Below, one piece after another: positions 18,311 through 33,762 of a stretch of 64,000 nucleotides of DNA (position 1 is its first letter; each line of letters begins with the position of its first letter). A program made the position numbers and the translations under genes. A model generated the notes under the pieces. That model was not told where the DNA came from and searched no databases. It was given only the letters and a program-made list of their open reading frames with translations. Origin of the DNA: the human T2T-CHM13v2.0 reference genome, Homo sapiens; assembly GCF_009914755.1 (NCBI RefSeq), contig NC_060925.1; one strand, 5' to 3'.

Positions 18311-19450
18311 GCCAGCCATACTCCAAATTTGTGTGGTGGCACACTCTTGATAAAAAGGTGTCAATGGAAAGAACAGAAAATGGCCAAAACCCATGTTCTT
18401 TTTTCACATGGTCCTGAGTTTGACTGAAATATTCAGATTGCCTTTGTCCAGTCATCCACCATAAGTGCAAACCAATTTTGTATATGCTTACAATCAACCA
18501 CATCGGAACCTGTACCTGTGTAAGACATATCCCAATATCAAAGATGTTAAAATAAGAAATAGAAATGAATGTTACAATCAGTAACATACAAACATTCATC
18601 AATTAGTTCCACACATATTTATACGAGCCTAGATGAAATTTTGAGTGAAGTTGTAGCTAATTGAAACTCTGAAGGTTCTGCCTCCTCTTCAGCATTACAG
18701 GAGTGACAAAACAAAAAGCATTATCTGCTTTTTCCTATATTAGCAGATAATACCCCTTAATTCACTCTGAAAGTTGCCATGAGATATTATCAGTGAAATA
18801 ACTGCAGAATGTGAAATACGTCATCTTATAGTTAAATGTGTTTAATATAAATGAGACACAGGAAGGGAGAATTAAAAATTAGTAAGTAAAATATTAGCAA
18901 GGATTTTTTTAAAAAATGTATAATTTATTATATATGTATGTATTCCTTAACAATATGTTGTATAACCCAACAATGAAATATACATCAATGAAAATGACAG
19001 CTATAAAACAATAAAACTTGTGAATTCTAGAGACATGTTGAGTGAAAAAAACCAAATCCTTAGACTACATAGAGTATGATACAATTTTTTTGAAGTTCAA
19101 AAAGAAAGAAAACTATAAAATAAGTCACTTTAGGGATACATATGTATTTTAGGTCTTTCTACATTCGAACAAATCTATTAAAAAGAGAGCGGGGGGGTCG
19201 GCAAAGATAGGAGAAGAGCTCAAATAGATAAAATACAAGCACTCATAATGTTATTCTTAAGTTAGGTGATGAGTTATTATGCTTGATAATTTATTTGCAT
19301 TCCCCATTTACCCTTTTATAAGCATCAAATATTACATTTAAATATAAGTCCCAAATTATGTATAAAGTGTTGATAAAATTTATATCTGCATGGCTGTTCC
19401 TAAAACTATGCTTATTTTATCAAGCAGAGTTCTTGGTTTTAGGCAATTCA

Positions 19451-19839
<389 letters not shown>

Positions 19840-22800
19840 TAGAATTAGAGGTTATCGCTAACTAAATCACTTTTGCTGTACCTCTGTGGAGATGAATGCA
19901 GTAGTGTTGTTAATCACCATCTTCAAAGGAATCTGCATGGTTCCCTCCTTCTTTGTATCACTAATTTTAAAATTGAAGGCAGATGTTTCTTCCTTAGCTG
20001 CAAAAGGAGGCTGAGAAAACATTACCTGGTACTTTCAAATTCTTTAGGAGGAAGAAATGCTCTGCCTCATTAGGTGAGGGATTCCTTAAACACAGGAGTT
20101 AGGATACTGGGCAGCCAAAAGAGAAATGACAGATGTCTGCTACAGCCCATTCTCTTGGCCATTCAATGTCAACACACTCCTTCAGCTAATTCTTCCAAAA
20201 CTATATTCAAGGGGAAAGGACTTGACAATATAAAGTCACAGACATGTCACAGTCACAGACACTGTTAATTGCTTTCTCAATATTCTTTCTTCTTGCTAAT
20301 ACTGATTTTATTTGGGACAGCTATGTACCCTGCTTTCTTTGCAGGTACCAGTGGCCATTTAACTGGTCAGGCAATTAAGTCAAGGGAAAATCCATTTGGG
20401 ATTTCTGAGAAAGCTTTGCTTTCCCTCATAAAAGGCGATATATATAGCTGGCACAGGCCATTTCCATTTTTTCTTCCTTGCCTTCAACATGGCCATGACA
20501 TTTGGCTTGGCAACAACTTTCTAGCAAACACAAGAAAACAGCATGAGGGATGTAAGCCAATATGGTAAGGAGGCAGATTTGAAAGACAGAACTGCACCTT
20601 TTCCTGTATATAGTAAGAGTCACTGATTAAACATTATTCCTTTCAGTTGAATCACACATACTCTCAGCTACACCATTCTAGAAAATAATATCTCATTAGT
20701 TAAGACTCCATTTATTGAATTCATAATACTTTATAAGCTGTGGTGTTTCTTTTGCACTAATAAAAATAGATTTTGCTAATCAAGAACCACTTGAACTCCC
20801 AACAGTATTTGGCATTTAGGCATCTCAAGTTAGTTAGTGATTAAAAATGTGCTTAAGACTCTGTCTGGGTTTGAATCTTGGTTCCAGTTTGGACAAATAA
20901 CCACCTCCTTGTGCCTGAGTATCTGCAAAATGAGGTACAGTTAAAATGGAGTTTATATAATACAGTACCTGACAGGTAGTAAAGCACTCAATAGATGGTA
21001 GCTATTATTGGCAATACCATACATACTTTGCTTTTGTGGCACCAAAGTTTTCTATTTCCCTCCTACCCATTTATTATCTCTATTGAATTCTCAAGTTTAA
21101 AGTCCCTCTTCTGTATCTTATACATACTATAATGGATTTATCACACTGCATTATAATTTTATATATATACTTGTCTCCTGTACCAGACTTTTTCATTTTT
21201 AAATTCATAAGTACTAATGAAGTGGTTGGCACATAGACTATTTTCTTTTTCATCTTTTAGAGTGCTAACTATTACACAATGGGGCCTAGACTAGATATTT
21301 TAAAATCAGTGTCTTTAGGAATTGTTTGAGATGATTAGAATACAAATTCTTGAACTTCATCACCAAGTTTCTATTTCAGTAGGTCAGGGAAGCACATTTT
21401 GAAGAACACTAAAATAGACCTTCAATGTTTGAATCCAATTATGCATAAGGTATTAATATAAGAATTATACATAAGATATTGATATAATACTACACTAATA
21501 TAAGGTACTATTTGTAGAGTTATACACTGCTGAATATACTGTGCTAATTACAAAGTATTTATGACTCTTGTGAGGACCACTTGACAAGGTTGCTATATAT
21601 ATGTAAAAAAACCCTCTGCACTTCCTCATTTGACTTACTACTGAGTAAAATTAGCTTATCTTCTCAAAATGCAGTTTTTGTTAGAAAATATAATTTTGAA
21701 CTAAGATTTTTGCAAACCAGGCAAGTTCTTCATCCACTCAAGGAGAAACTTTAAAATCCACTTAAAATGAAGAGCATTCCTCCCCGACTCAATTTTCTAA
21801 CTACATATTATCTTCATAGCATTAACACCAGCCAGAATTTATATTATGTAGAGCACTAAAAGCTTCTTAGACTTGTACCTCAGGCTTTTAATTTTGCAGG
21901 GGGAAAAGTTAGTATGTCGATTTATCCTAACACTTGAGATATAAAGAACTTTATAAACAGCTCTAAAGGAACATAAAGCACATAAAGGGACACCATATTA
22001 TACCTTGATTTGATTACTTCATCATTTTCACTGAAATCTGGCCATGGTAGGTTTGGCCGTGGCTGCCAAATGGTATAGAGTACCTGCCTCTTGAATGGAT
22101 TTATGGGGTCACTTAAGGTATACTTCGAGGCAGATGGCTGGGCTAATAGTTACTTACTTACTCTTGGGAAATGAAATAAAAAATGCTCACACTTGGAAGT
22201 GTTTTTTTTGTCAAATTCTATGCAGGATATCAAACAGAAATTTGAAAAATTCTTAAATGACATATACCTATTCATTAACACCCACTGCTCTAGATGACAT
22301 CCATTAGTTATTACTGGGATCAGATGCTTTTAGGACATCTTTAAAATATTTTGTTATTTTAACTGTAGTTCTTTATAGCATTACGAAAGAAATATCACTC
22401 ACATAAAGCACTAACAACTCTTTTTAGTACTGTGTCTCTCCCATGCAGTATGGTGCTTAATGTTACTGGAAAATATTGACAGGTTTAGCATTATTTCAAC
22501 TAATTCTGGGCAAATCTAAATAGAATAGTATAACATGAAGAAATTTATAAATTTGAAATGTGAGTAAACTGGGACGGGAATGAGTTGATGAGTGAACCCA
22601 GTTGACCACTGGGCATTTGAATCTCAATGTTGCCTACACAGCATTATGAGTGTAATAATTTTCATTAGGTAACAAAACTGCTTCCTCACCTTTTTATATA
22701 GCTTAAACAAAAAAAAAGAAAAAAGATAAAAAAAAACCCTGCTTCTATGTAAACAAAAAAAAAGAAAGCCAACTATTAGTGCTAGGAATGAAAGACATCC

Positions 22801-23695
22801 AATCCAAGTAAGTGATGGTTCTTAACTATAAAATGGAAATTGTATAAAAATTAAAATAGAATGTAGAACTAGTAGGATAACATTGAAAAACTGACTACTT
22901 ATATTTGTTTTTTTTATTTTGTGTGTGTTTTTGGCTGATTATATTTAATAAAAGCTACTTTCAGTATTTGAACTAAGTGCACATGTGTGCATTCACATAC
23001 ACAGGACAAGCTCCTCAGCTTTGAACAATATGAACTTTGGACAATATGACAACTATAGCATCACTGGGCAAAAAAAATAGCTGACTTATTTCCAAGTGTG
23101 TTTCCTGGGACTAGCAGTAGGTTCTCTCAAATTAAAAGTAAAGGCACCAGGCTATAAAGTGCCAATTCTTAGCACCAGAGAGACTTAAAATGTCACAGGT
23201 GAATGACATTACAAATCAGAGAATCTGCTGATCTAGTTCTGTGGAATTGTATTATTTTTGTCAAATGGAAAAAAAAAATCAAGGTTTATGCCAAATAGAT
23301 TTAAACAGTTAAATCTTTCCTAAAATTTCCTAGAAGTGTATTTTACAATGCTATGTAAAATAAATTGCTGGCTTATAAAAAATGCTCAAAGTTTCAGAGA
23401 TGTGAAAAATAACAAAGAACTGAAAACATAGTTTATATAAATCAAGGTCCCAGAAATGAAAATTAAAAGTAGTCTCTTTGAGAAAGGAATGGTGAAATTC
23501 AGCATGTAGTATTCACATTAACACATCTGAGAACTGTGGACAGCCAATATTGACTGGAATTCTAAATTGCCACCTGATACCTTTAATTAAGATTAAATCA
23601 AATCTGAGGCAAGACACTTAATGGACAGTACTTGAATGGGAAGACAGTAACTTCCTTCCTTGATAGACAATCTCCAGCCATCATTCAGAGTTCAG

Positions 23696-23797
23696 TTATT
23701 TGATGGCTTGGGAAGCAGTGTCCATTGAGTTTTCCTTTCTGGCTTGAAGAGACTCACTGCTGATGGACAATAATTCTCGAAGTTCCTTATTTTCAAG
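23696..23797 (-). CDS. SIKE1: SIKE1 exon 5 coding part ([10 protein letters not shown]...TASQAIK*), followed by an AT-rich 3'UTR of undetermined end
   Basis: Acceptor T9CCAG; TAA at 23696-23698. Exons sum to 159+106+143+114+102 = 624 nt, i.e. 207 aa plus stop. Confidence 0.97.
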   Translation of the reverse strand, partial: LENKELRELLSISSESLQARKENSMDTASQAIK

Positions 23798-24239
23798 CTG
23801 GAAAAAAAAAGGCATGTTTATTTCTGGTATTTTTACTGTCCAACTGCATTACAACAACACATTATTTTGAGCCAGGAGCAGAAAACATTATTTTAATTTT
23901 AAAAAATTTATGGAAACAAAAAATCCACTAGTTGAGAATTTCCTTAAATACTACTTTATTCATTTAACAAACATTTACATGTAGGATGTAGGCAATGATA
24001 CTCTTTTGTAGTAGTAATTTACTGAGTAATTTCTATATACCAAGTGTTAGGATTACAAAGGAGAAACAAAAAACAAGGTCCTCTCCATTTAAGGAATTCA
24101 CTGTTATATTCTTCTTGGTTCCCACAGTTTTACTATTATTTCTTTTATTTAAAAAATTCCTAATAATCGTTTCACTCTGATTAATCTCCTCTCCTGGATA
24201 TCTTACAGTTCTAGAGAAATGGAAGGAAAGGGGGAAAGA

Positions 24240-24432
24240 AATTACTTATTGAGCATGTAGCTGGGTACTACTTGGGTGCCCTGTATATGTTATCTCACAA
24301 TAATCTGTAGGGTAGGTATCATTGCCTACATCCATATATTTCAGATGAGGATACTCTGGCTCACAAAATTCCTAAAAGTTGTCCAAATTCAGACAACTTG
24401 GATGTGGTATTGCTGGGGTCTGAATCTGGTGG
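24240..24432 (-). mobile_element. MIR in SIKE1 intron 4
   Basis: TATTGAGCA...CTCACAATAATCTGTAGGGTAGGTATCATT...TTTCAGATGAGGATACT resembles the MIR core. Confidence 0.7.
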
Positions 24433-24928
24433 TCGTGTATTTTCTACTTGAAGTATTAAGGTAGAATTTGCCCCACATTTCCTTAGGGCTGTTTCCGTAA
24501 GTGAGGTAAATCGGGGATAAATAGAAGGTCATGCTATCATTTCACTAGCTCCTAATTCCTACTTGGGACCTGTCACTACCTTTGATTTCTAGAGAGGGTA
24601 GCTTCTGCTCTTCATCCTTATCCTCTGCAGAAAACTCTGGTAAACCAAAGCATTTTTAGCTTCACCAAGATGTGCGGAAGTCCCAGCTAGAGTAACTAAG
24701 AGATTAGAGCCTGTGGTCGACGAATCTTCTACCACATGAAGTGCTTCCTTCGGTATTTGTATCTGTCTCCTAGCATTTACATATTATTTAATATCATATA
24801 ATACTAGGGTTATCCCTTCCACTAGACTCTGGGCAGGTATCTGTTTTTTTCTCTCTGGTATTTCTCAAAGGCCCCAGGACAGCACCTTGTAATAAGCAGC
24901 ATTCAAACCATTCACTGAAATGCTTTGC

Positions 24929-25195
24929 TTTTTTTTTTTTTTTTTGAGACAGGGTCTCACTCTGTCACTCGGTTGGAGTGCAGTGGCATGCATGATCGTG
25001 GCTCACTGCAGCCTTGACTTCCCAGGTTCAGGTGATCCTCACACCTCAGCCTCTGAGTACCTGGGATTACAGGTGTGCACCACCACACCTGGCTAATTTT
25101 CTGTATTTTTTGTAAAGACAGGGTTCCGCCATGTTGCCCAAGCTGCTCTTGAACTCTTGGGCTCAAGCAATTCACTTACCTCAGCCTCTCAAAGT
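24929..25195 (-). mobile_element. Alu (AluJ-like) in SIKE1 intron 4
   Basis: Antisense Alu with poly-T. Confidence 0.9.
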
Positions 25196-25769
25196 TGAAA
25201 TGTTTTTCCTTAACAATTTTATGAGCACACTAATACCCCGAACTTTTTTTGTAACATATTCCTATTCTAATCAAAATATGACATAAACATAGCTTTTAAG
25301 AAATCAAGACTACAAGGCTTATACAAGCAGTTCTTTGGCTTTGTACCCCAAATGCAACCACTTTTAACACTTTTATCTATTTCTTTTGGTATTTAATTCT
25401 GTAATTCTAAATAATATGCTTATACTGCTATTTCCTGATCATCAATTTTAGACATTATCTACTTCACTTCTTATTATGGCAGATGAAGGATTTTATCTCA
25501 CATATAACTTCTCCCCTCCACTCCCTCTACCTTCCCATATGATAATACCTCAAGTTCTTGCCAATACATAGTTGGTATTTCCATTGATTGCTGTTTACTA
25601 TATTTCCTTTCTTCAAAAGGGTATAAAAGGGTATGAAGGAGGAGTTTTAATTTTAAATCATGAGCACACAGAAAACATCAATATATTACAGTGATGGGAT
25701 AGTGATGGCATATCTTCCAGACTCGGAAAACTATGAAATACTGTGAACCTAAATTAGCTACAATCTTAC

Positions 25770-25883
25770 CTCTAATTGGGCTAATTTTTCCTGAATCTTA
25801 CAAAACTGGTCATCATCCACCTGAACTGCTTTCCTCATCACTTCTCCCATTTCACAGATTCTGTCAATCTGACTCTCAATTTC
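25770..25883 (-). CDS. SIKE1: SIKE1 exon 4 ([20 protein letters not shown]...KLAQLE, 114 nt)
   Basis: Acceptor TTCACAG and donor GAG|GTAAGA; phase 0 at both ends. Confidence 0.97.
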
Positions 25884-26100
25884 CTGTGAAGATATTAAGG
25901 AAACAAAGGTGGAAAAATCACCTGTTCTGTAGATATAAAGAACGTAAAAGCATGTGCATTACGATTTTTAAAAGTTCATTTAATCTATGATACAGAAGTT
26001 ACAATGGAGTTTCCCTACAATTTTAGTCCTCAGACATGAAGCCATAGTAAAGTGACCTTGTATTCACGGATATTTTTTTTTTTTTTCTTTCAAAAAATCA

Positions 26101-26689
26101 ATTGTGGAAGACAGTGTGGTGATTCCTCAAGGATCTAGAACTAGAAATACCATTTGACCCAGCAATCCCATTACTGGGTATATACCCAAAGGATTGTAAA
26201 TCATGCTACTATAAAGACACATGCACACATGTTTATTGCGGCACTATTCACAATAGCAAAGACTTGGAACCAACCCAAATGTCCATCAATGATAGACTGG
26301 ATTAAGAAAATGTGGCACATATATACCATGGAATACTATGCAGCCATAAAAAAGGATGAGTTCATGTCCTTTGTAGGGACATGGATGAAGCTGGAAACCA
26401 TCATTCTGAGCAAACTATCACAAAGACAGAAAACCAAACACCGCATGTTCTCACTCATAGGTGGGAATTGAACAATGAGAACACTTGGACACAGGGTGGG
26501 GAACATCACACACCGGGGCCTGTCATAGGGTTGGGGGAGTGGGGACGGATAGCATTAGGAGGAATACCTAATGTAAAGGACGAGTTAATGGGTGCAGCAC
26601 ACCATCATGGCACATGTATACATATGTTAACAAACCTGCACGTTTTGCACATGTACCCTAGAACTTATTTAAAAAACAAACAAAAAAAA
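26101..26689 (+). mobile_element. 5'-truncated L1PA in SIKE1 intron 3, followed by a 3'-transduced segment to about 27254
   Basis: L1 ORF2 C-terminus (ORF 26154-26471) and 3'UTR. TSD AAAAAATCAATTGT at 26092-26105 and 27255-27268. Confidence 0.93.
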
Positions 26690-28144
26690 GGCCTCCTTAA
26701 GGGGATCCTCATTCCAGTTGTATATGTTCTATTGATACCACTACTAAGGAATACAGTTTTTTAAAATATATATAATGTTTCTTATATTTAAAACCAAGAA
26801 GTGAAGAGTAGAATGCATTTTCTGTTTTCGCTCTTTGCCCAGACATCAAGTTGATAATCATATGGTTATCTGTGATATGCATCAGCTCATAAGTAACCCT
26901 TTGGTATGTGAACATGGGGAATTTTAAAATACTGGGCTCTTCAATATGGATTTGTGTTACACTCATGTCATCATCTCATGCCTTCCAAGATTTCAAAGGA
27001 TCTGATGGCTGTAATTGCAGAGAATAAATGAGTAATCTTTAGTCTATTTCAGAAATAGAAGGCCACATGATTCCCTTTCCATAAAGGACTAAGGTTTCAT
27101 CCAATGCCAACTCTGGTAAGGCCTTAGTCATTTTTGTGGGTGAAATCTGATTCGATGCAAGCAATGTTATTTTCATTTCTGAAAATTATCTATGTCCAGT
27201 GCATCAATCCCCCAGTAGGTCCACACTCCAATAAAAAGATTTGAAATGGAAAAAAAAAAATCAATTGTAGTTTAACTACCCATTGGATGTTGGATACTAT
27301 CTCTAAGTGGCTGTTTAACTTAAATTTGAATACTTTTACTGGCAGGAAGCTTACTACATTCCAAGGTGCTTTATTCCATCTTTGGACATATCACTTAGAA
27401 AGTTTATCTATCTGAGTAAACTCTGTCTCTTTCAAGGTTCAAGTTTTTTCCTCCATACGAGAAGAAAATCTATTTTTCTCTTCCAGATGAAAGCCATTCA
27501 AATATTTAAAATATCTGTTTCCTAAAACTTTTAAGTCAGTAAAATGCATTCAATGGAATTTAAGATGAAGCTTATATTTCACTACATCTCACAGAAGTAG
27601 TAGGCTCCAACCCTATACATCTAGAATTAAATGATACAGTACACAAGAATGTACAATGACAACCATGAAGCACCTATAAACATAAGAACAATTACTGAGT
27701 CTCCCAAATTAGCAAAGAACAGAAACTATGCCATGTTTGTTTTTTTAAAAAACCATACTTCTCTCCCCTAACAACATAGTATGATACTATGTGGTTCAGT
27801 TTATAAAAGGTTTACTGACTGCCTGCTGTATGTCAGGTACTATGTTAGGAATAAAATGTGAATTCATGCGCCTTACAAGCAAGGAGCTTAAGTTAAATGT
27901 ATAAGTAATAACCAACCAAGTGTTTACCAGGCAGCTTCAACACTAACTGGCATTATGTTTGGTGGGAGCGCTAAGAATTAATGAACATTTTCAAAAGAGA
28001 TCTTGGTGAGGGAGGGGGAACCTTAGTCCCACTCAAATAAAAGGATCTGAGCAGCCCCTATCCTCCTTCTTTCTATTCATATCTTTACAAAGCCATGGCA
28101 AAATAAACAACAAATGTGATAAACATGTAAGGAAAATGAGCTTA

Positions 28145-28492
<348 letters not shown>

Positions 28493-28567
28493 AAAAACAA
28501 GCACACAATCTAAAACAATCTCAAGATTTCAATTTGGTTCATTTCGAATTTATTCAAAGTTTCTTAC

Positions 28568-28710
28568 TGCAGAGTGAGACTGGTGAGCTTTCAGGACTGG
28601 TTCAGCATCCACCGCTTTTTTAGCAACCATTAACTGTAACATCTGTTTCCGATATTTGCTCATGATAAGTTCCAAAGCATCCTGGTGTTCCTCCAAGGAA
28701 ATCCATAGCT
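28568..28710 (-). CDS. SIKE1: SIKE1 exon 3 ([24 protein letters not shown]...HQSHSA, 143 nt)
   Basis: Acceptor TTTTTGACAG and donor GCA|GTAAGA; contains the family motif [17 protein letters not shown]. Confidence 0.97.
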
Positions 28711-29535
28711 CTGTCAAAAAATAAAAGAACTTGGCAGTGATGTCTGAGAGACAGTTCCCAAATCCAAAGTCTTAACAGTTGGAATTTTGTAACACTATAT
28801 AGATAATATGAATCTAAAGTTGTAAATCAATGTTTAAGTCCGCAAAACTGAACAGTTAAAGTCTATGTGAAAGGTAACTTTCTAGGCAGAGAAGCAAAGT
28901 CTTGCAGAAACAACAATGGATGTATCATCAGAAGACATGTGTTTGAGTTCAGTTCTGTAACTTGCTTGGTTAATACTCATAAGTAAATCATTTAGCTTCT
29001 TCTGAGCCTATTTCTTAACTGCATTGTGGTAGATAAAAATGAAGATATGAGAATACAGTAGAATGATATATGTGAAACCCCTCTGGTAAACAACTATTAA
29101 TACCACAATCATTAATAATGTACTAATCAAGCCTAAGAATATATACCCTTAGAATAAAATTCTGCTGCTTCACCTTGCACAAACAAGAACATAAACAAAA
29201 CCTTAAATCTTACCTTCAGTGTTTATATTAATACTTAAACATTAAATTTTAAGTCCATGAGGCTATGAACTCTTTTGTTACACATCTGAGGATGCTTAAA
29301 AATAAACCATGCAATAATACCAACTCTACACAGCACCTCTTTGGTAAGCTGCTGCAATATTAGTCAGATGACCTTGAAAAGGGTAATCTAACAAACTTTA
29401 TTGTTACTGGGCCAGATCAGGAGGACTCTCCTACTAAAAGTACTGACCTGGAAATATATGTACACTTTTGTAAATGTTTAGGGCAATTTTGCAATAACTT
29501 TAAACTATTACCAGATATGAAAAGGCCTGACTAAC

Positions 29536-29641
29536 CTCTGTTTTCCTGTTGCAAGTCTCTAATCTGTGTGTTCTCTTGGGACAGCAGAATGTGAGGTTTG
29601 TATTTGGACATGTCCTTCATATCGGATGCATCCTCTTGATA
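29536..29641 (-). CDS. SIKE1: SIKE1 exon 2 ([10 protein letters not shown]...DLQQENR, 106 nt)
   Basis: Acceptor TTTGTCCAG and donor GAG|GTTAGT; frame continuous with exons 1 and 3. Confidence 0.96.
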
Positions 29642-29699
29642 CTGGACAAATAGAGACAGACTAAGCATGCCTTAAAGAGAACAGCGGCAGATGCAACTG

Positions 29700-30270
29700 A
29701 AGAGGCAGAAGTTAGGGCTCCAGGGCAGGATTCTCAGCCCCGACCCAGGAAAATGGTCTCACCGCCGCCCTCTGAGACCGGGAATAAATTCCAGGCCGAG
29801 TTCCCACTTTACCTCGCTCTCCACCCTTCAGTGCCCAGAATCCGAGAGCACTGGACTCCTACCCTCTGCCTGACCTGGTCCGGAAGCGCTGTCCCCGCCT
29901 CCCGCATAGCTGCTACCCGCCGGTGCAGCGCCGCCGACTGATCCACCAGCGACTCGGCGGCCGCATCGTGCTCCCGTAGCCTCTCCAGCAGCGTCTTGGC
30001 GTCTGTCAGGATCTTCTCGATGGTGCAGCTCATAGCAGCAGCACCACCCCAGCCCCTGCCGGGCTCAGCTACGCGACTCGCTCAGATCTTCTGGGAGTCT
30101 GTCTCAGCATTACAGGCGTCATTTCCGGGCACGTTTACAAGGTGTCTTGGTAGGCGCAATGGGCGCCTGCGCAGTGGCAGCCTATTTTGCGGGTTGACCC
30201 GCTTTAACCTGCGGCTTCCTTGCAGTCCTTCCTTGCGCGGAGCCCCAGACCTACACTTGCCACGCCGTTG
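29700..30270. promoter_or_regulatory. SIKE1 CpG island and promoter
   Basis: CpG-rich around exon 1; NRF1-type GCGCCTGCGCA near 30163 and ETS-like TTTCCGG near 30122. Confidence 0.8.
29875..30033 (-). CDS. SIKE1: SIKE1 coding exon 1 ([13 protein letters not shown]...GTALPDQ, 53 codons)
   Basis: Recognised SIKE1/FGFR1OP2-family N-terminus. Donor CAG|GTCAGG. A second in-frame donor AGG|GTAGGA extends the exon to 29863. Confidence 0.97.
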
Positions 30271-30306
30271 GTTTCCAGTTACCACAGCCTGGTGGTCAGG
30301 CTATGA

Positions 30307-30692
<386 letters not shown>

Positions 30693-30699
30693 ACTTTCA

Positions 30700-31166
30700 T
30701 TTAATTTTTTTTAAATTGTGGCAAAATACACATAAAATTTAATATCTCAGCCATTTATAAGTGTACAGTTCAGTTGTACATTCATATTGTTATACAGCCA
30801 CCATCAGCATCCATCTCTAGAACTCTTTCATCTTGCAGTACTGAAGTTCTGTACTCATTAAACAATAATTCCTCATTCTTCCTTATCCCCAGCTCCTGGC
30901 AGCCACCATTCTACTTTGTGTCTCTACAAATCTGACTATTCTGGGTACCTGACATGAGTGAAATCATACAGCATTTGTATTTATATAACTGCCTTATTTC
31001 ACTTAGTGTAATGTCCACGAGTTTCATCCATATAGTAGCATATGTTAGAATTTCCTTCCTTTTTAAGGCTGAATAATATATATATACCACGTTTTGTTTA
31101 TCCATTCATCCGTGGATGGACAGTTGGGTTGCTTCCACCTTTTGCTATTGTCAATAATGCTGCTAT
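30700..31166 (-). mobile_element. Old L1M (L1MB-like) 3' end; resumes at 45409-45485
   Basis: ...AATAATGCTGCTAT joins GACCATGAGTGTACAAATATT... to rebuild a contiguous L1M-like sequence. Confidence 0.8.
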
Positions 31167-33459
31167 TGCAACTGGCTCACGTCTGGCTGCTTGCTGCCTA
31201 GAGGCCAAAAACATGAGAAGTGACCTGTGGTGAAAGCTTTACTAATCAAATGCTCGCAGATGGGGAATGGCTAGGCTCATGCCTTCAAAACAGCATTCCA
31301 CTTTTTTTTTTTTTTGGTCAAGGTATCCCAGAGACAGTATCAGTGTCCAAACTTTAATTTTGTCCCATATCAATGCCAGGGTGGTGTGCTACCTGCCCTG
31401 AGTCCATCATGTCCCTCCTGCGGCCAACTGACTTAGAGTCAAAAGAGTTACAGCCAATTAAACGTTCTAGGTCAGATGGGAAGGAGGTGGGCAGGCACTC
31501 ATTAACCTTAAAACCCCTCTTAAGCAATGTTAAGAGGCAAAAACCAAAAGGCAAGGGTTACAAAATTGACTTATCTATAAATTCTATGCATTGAGCTGCT
31601 GTAATCTTGGCTTGTTGCAATTAGCTATACAAAATGCAAGCATTTTGTTTAGCTGTTTTGGCATCTGTGTCATCCTTGATTTGTAGGGTCTGAACTAATT
31701 TTAGCTCTCAATACTGGCCCTTACAACATTACGTTATAGTCTCTAGGCATGGCGGGATTGAAGAGTTTCAACTTTTGTAGGTAAAACAAAACAGAAAGAA
31801 TTAACAACATTTCAAACACAAAGGTCATAAACCCTGCCTAGTTTTGAGAATAACAGGAAAAGAAGTTCATAGGTAGCTAAACACTTAAATTATTTAGTAT
31901 CAAGGCACAGAATAAATTATATTAATTCAGATAGAGGCAGAATTGTTAAATGAATCTTAATATTTTTGAACACAAGACTGTCCCTGTGTCTCATGAAAGC
32001 AGTTTACTTTGTCGCCTTTGCCTGAGTCTAACGATGAGGCTTTGGTTAATTGCAGTTTAGTGTCAGATACTGGCAGGAGTTGATGCCTTCTTTGGATGAG
32101 ATATGTGTAAGTCCCTATAACTTAAAAGCACAAGGATTAGTTAATATCACCTGATAAGGACCTTTTCAAGGAGCTGGAGGTGTGATACCGGAGTCTATGA
32201 CCTGACTGGAAGCTGTAAAAATATTTTACAACCTTGCAGTGATTAATTTTTATAGCTTCGATAAACCCCAGCAATAAGTCAGAGACTTAATTTACGATTT
32301 TGATTTTGAGGACATTGGTCAAAGATTTTAAAAGCCTCAAAACATTTGATCAAAACAAGATAATATTCATTGTAAAAATAATAGTTACTCATTTAACCAA
32401 ACTGATAATTAAAGACTTTAAAGGCAATTGAGAAGGTTACCAGGACATAAAAACCTGAACCCTTTTAAATCTCAGTTTTTCTAGGCAATTAAAAACCCAT
32501 TAAAGAGAGCATGGGAATTATTTGATAAAACATTAAAATCTTGTTTCTTAAGCAAGTTACTACACAGGCAAAAAACCCCTTCTGCTGTGTGACTGCTTCT
32601 CCTTATGGGAAGACCATGTAGGTAACCTGAAAGTCATACTTGAAAAAAGTGCTTGAATTTAATCAGACACAAGAAGAGTGTATTCATGCTTATGAGTATA
32701 GCAAGGGAATACATCTCTCTGAGCAATTGCGTGAGAAGTTTCCTGATTACAACGAAAATCACATATCAAGAAAAGCCGGGAGTACAGAATCAAGTTATAT
32801 TGGAGGAAAACACTGCTTTTATAGACTTCTAAGATAAAACATTTCAGCATCAGGCCCCAACAGTTAGAATCAGAGGAAAAAGAATTAGAGGAGCTGATGG
32901 AAAAAGTTGAAGGAGAGTGTCCTTTTCAAAGGGAGGAAAAAACTGAAAACAGCCAGACACAACAAAAGCTGAACTTCTGAGATATGAATCTGAGAAGTTT
33001 TAAAAAAAAATAGGTGATAGAATTAAAAAGCAAAATTTCCTTTAATTTCATTAAGAGTAAACCAACACCTTAGGAAAACCTTATTTAAACCTAGGGAATC
33101 ATTCATTATTTTTATTTTTATTTTACTTTAAGTTCTGGGATACATGTGCAGAACATGTAGGTTTGTTACATAGGTATACATGTGCCATGGTGGTTTGCTG
33201 TACCTATCAACCCATCATCTAGGTTTTAAGCCCCACATGCATTAGGTATTTGTCCTAATGCTCTCCCTCCCCCTGCCCCCCACCCCCCAACAGGCCCGGG
33301 TGTGAGATGTTCCCCTCCCTTTGTCCATGCGTTCTTATCGTTCAACTCCCACTTATGAGTGAGAACATTTGGTGTTTGGTTTTCTGTTCCTGTGTTAGTT
33401 TGCTGAGGGTGATGGTTTCCAGGTTCATCCATGTCCCTGCAAAGGACATGAACTCATTC

Positions 33460-33762
<303 letters not shown>

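Noticed and set aside
22913-22918. Candidate SIKE1 poly(A) signal (minus-strand AATAAA)
   Set aside because: It sits in an A-rich tract with many similar hexamers nearby; the 3' end cannot be fixed from sequence alone.
29809-29862. C-terminal tail of the 74-aa ORF
   Set aside because: Read-through into SIKE1 intron 1 past the splice donors.
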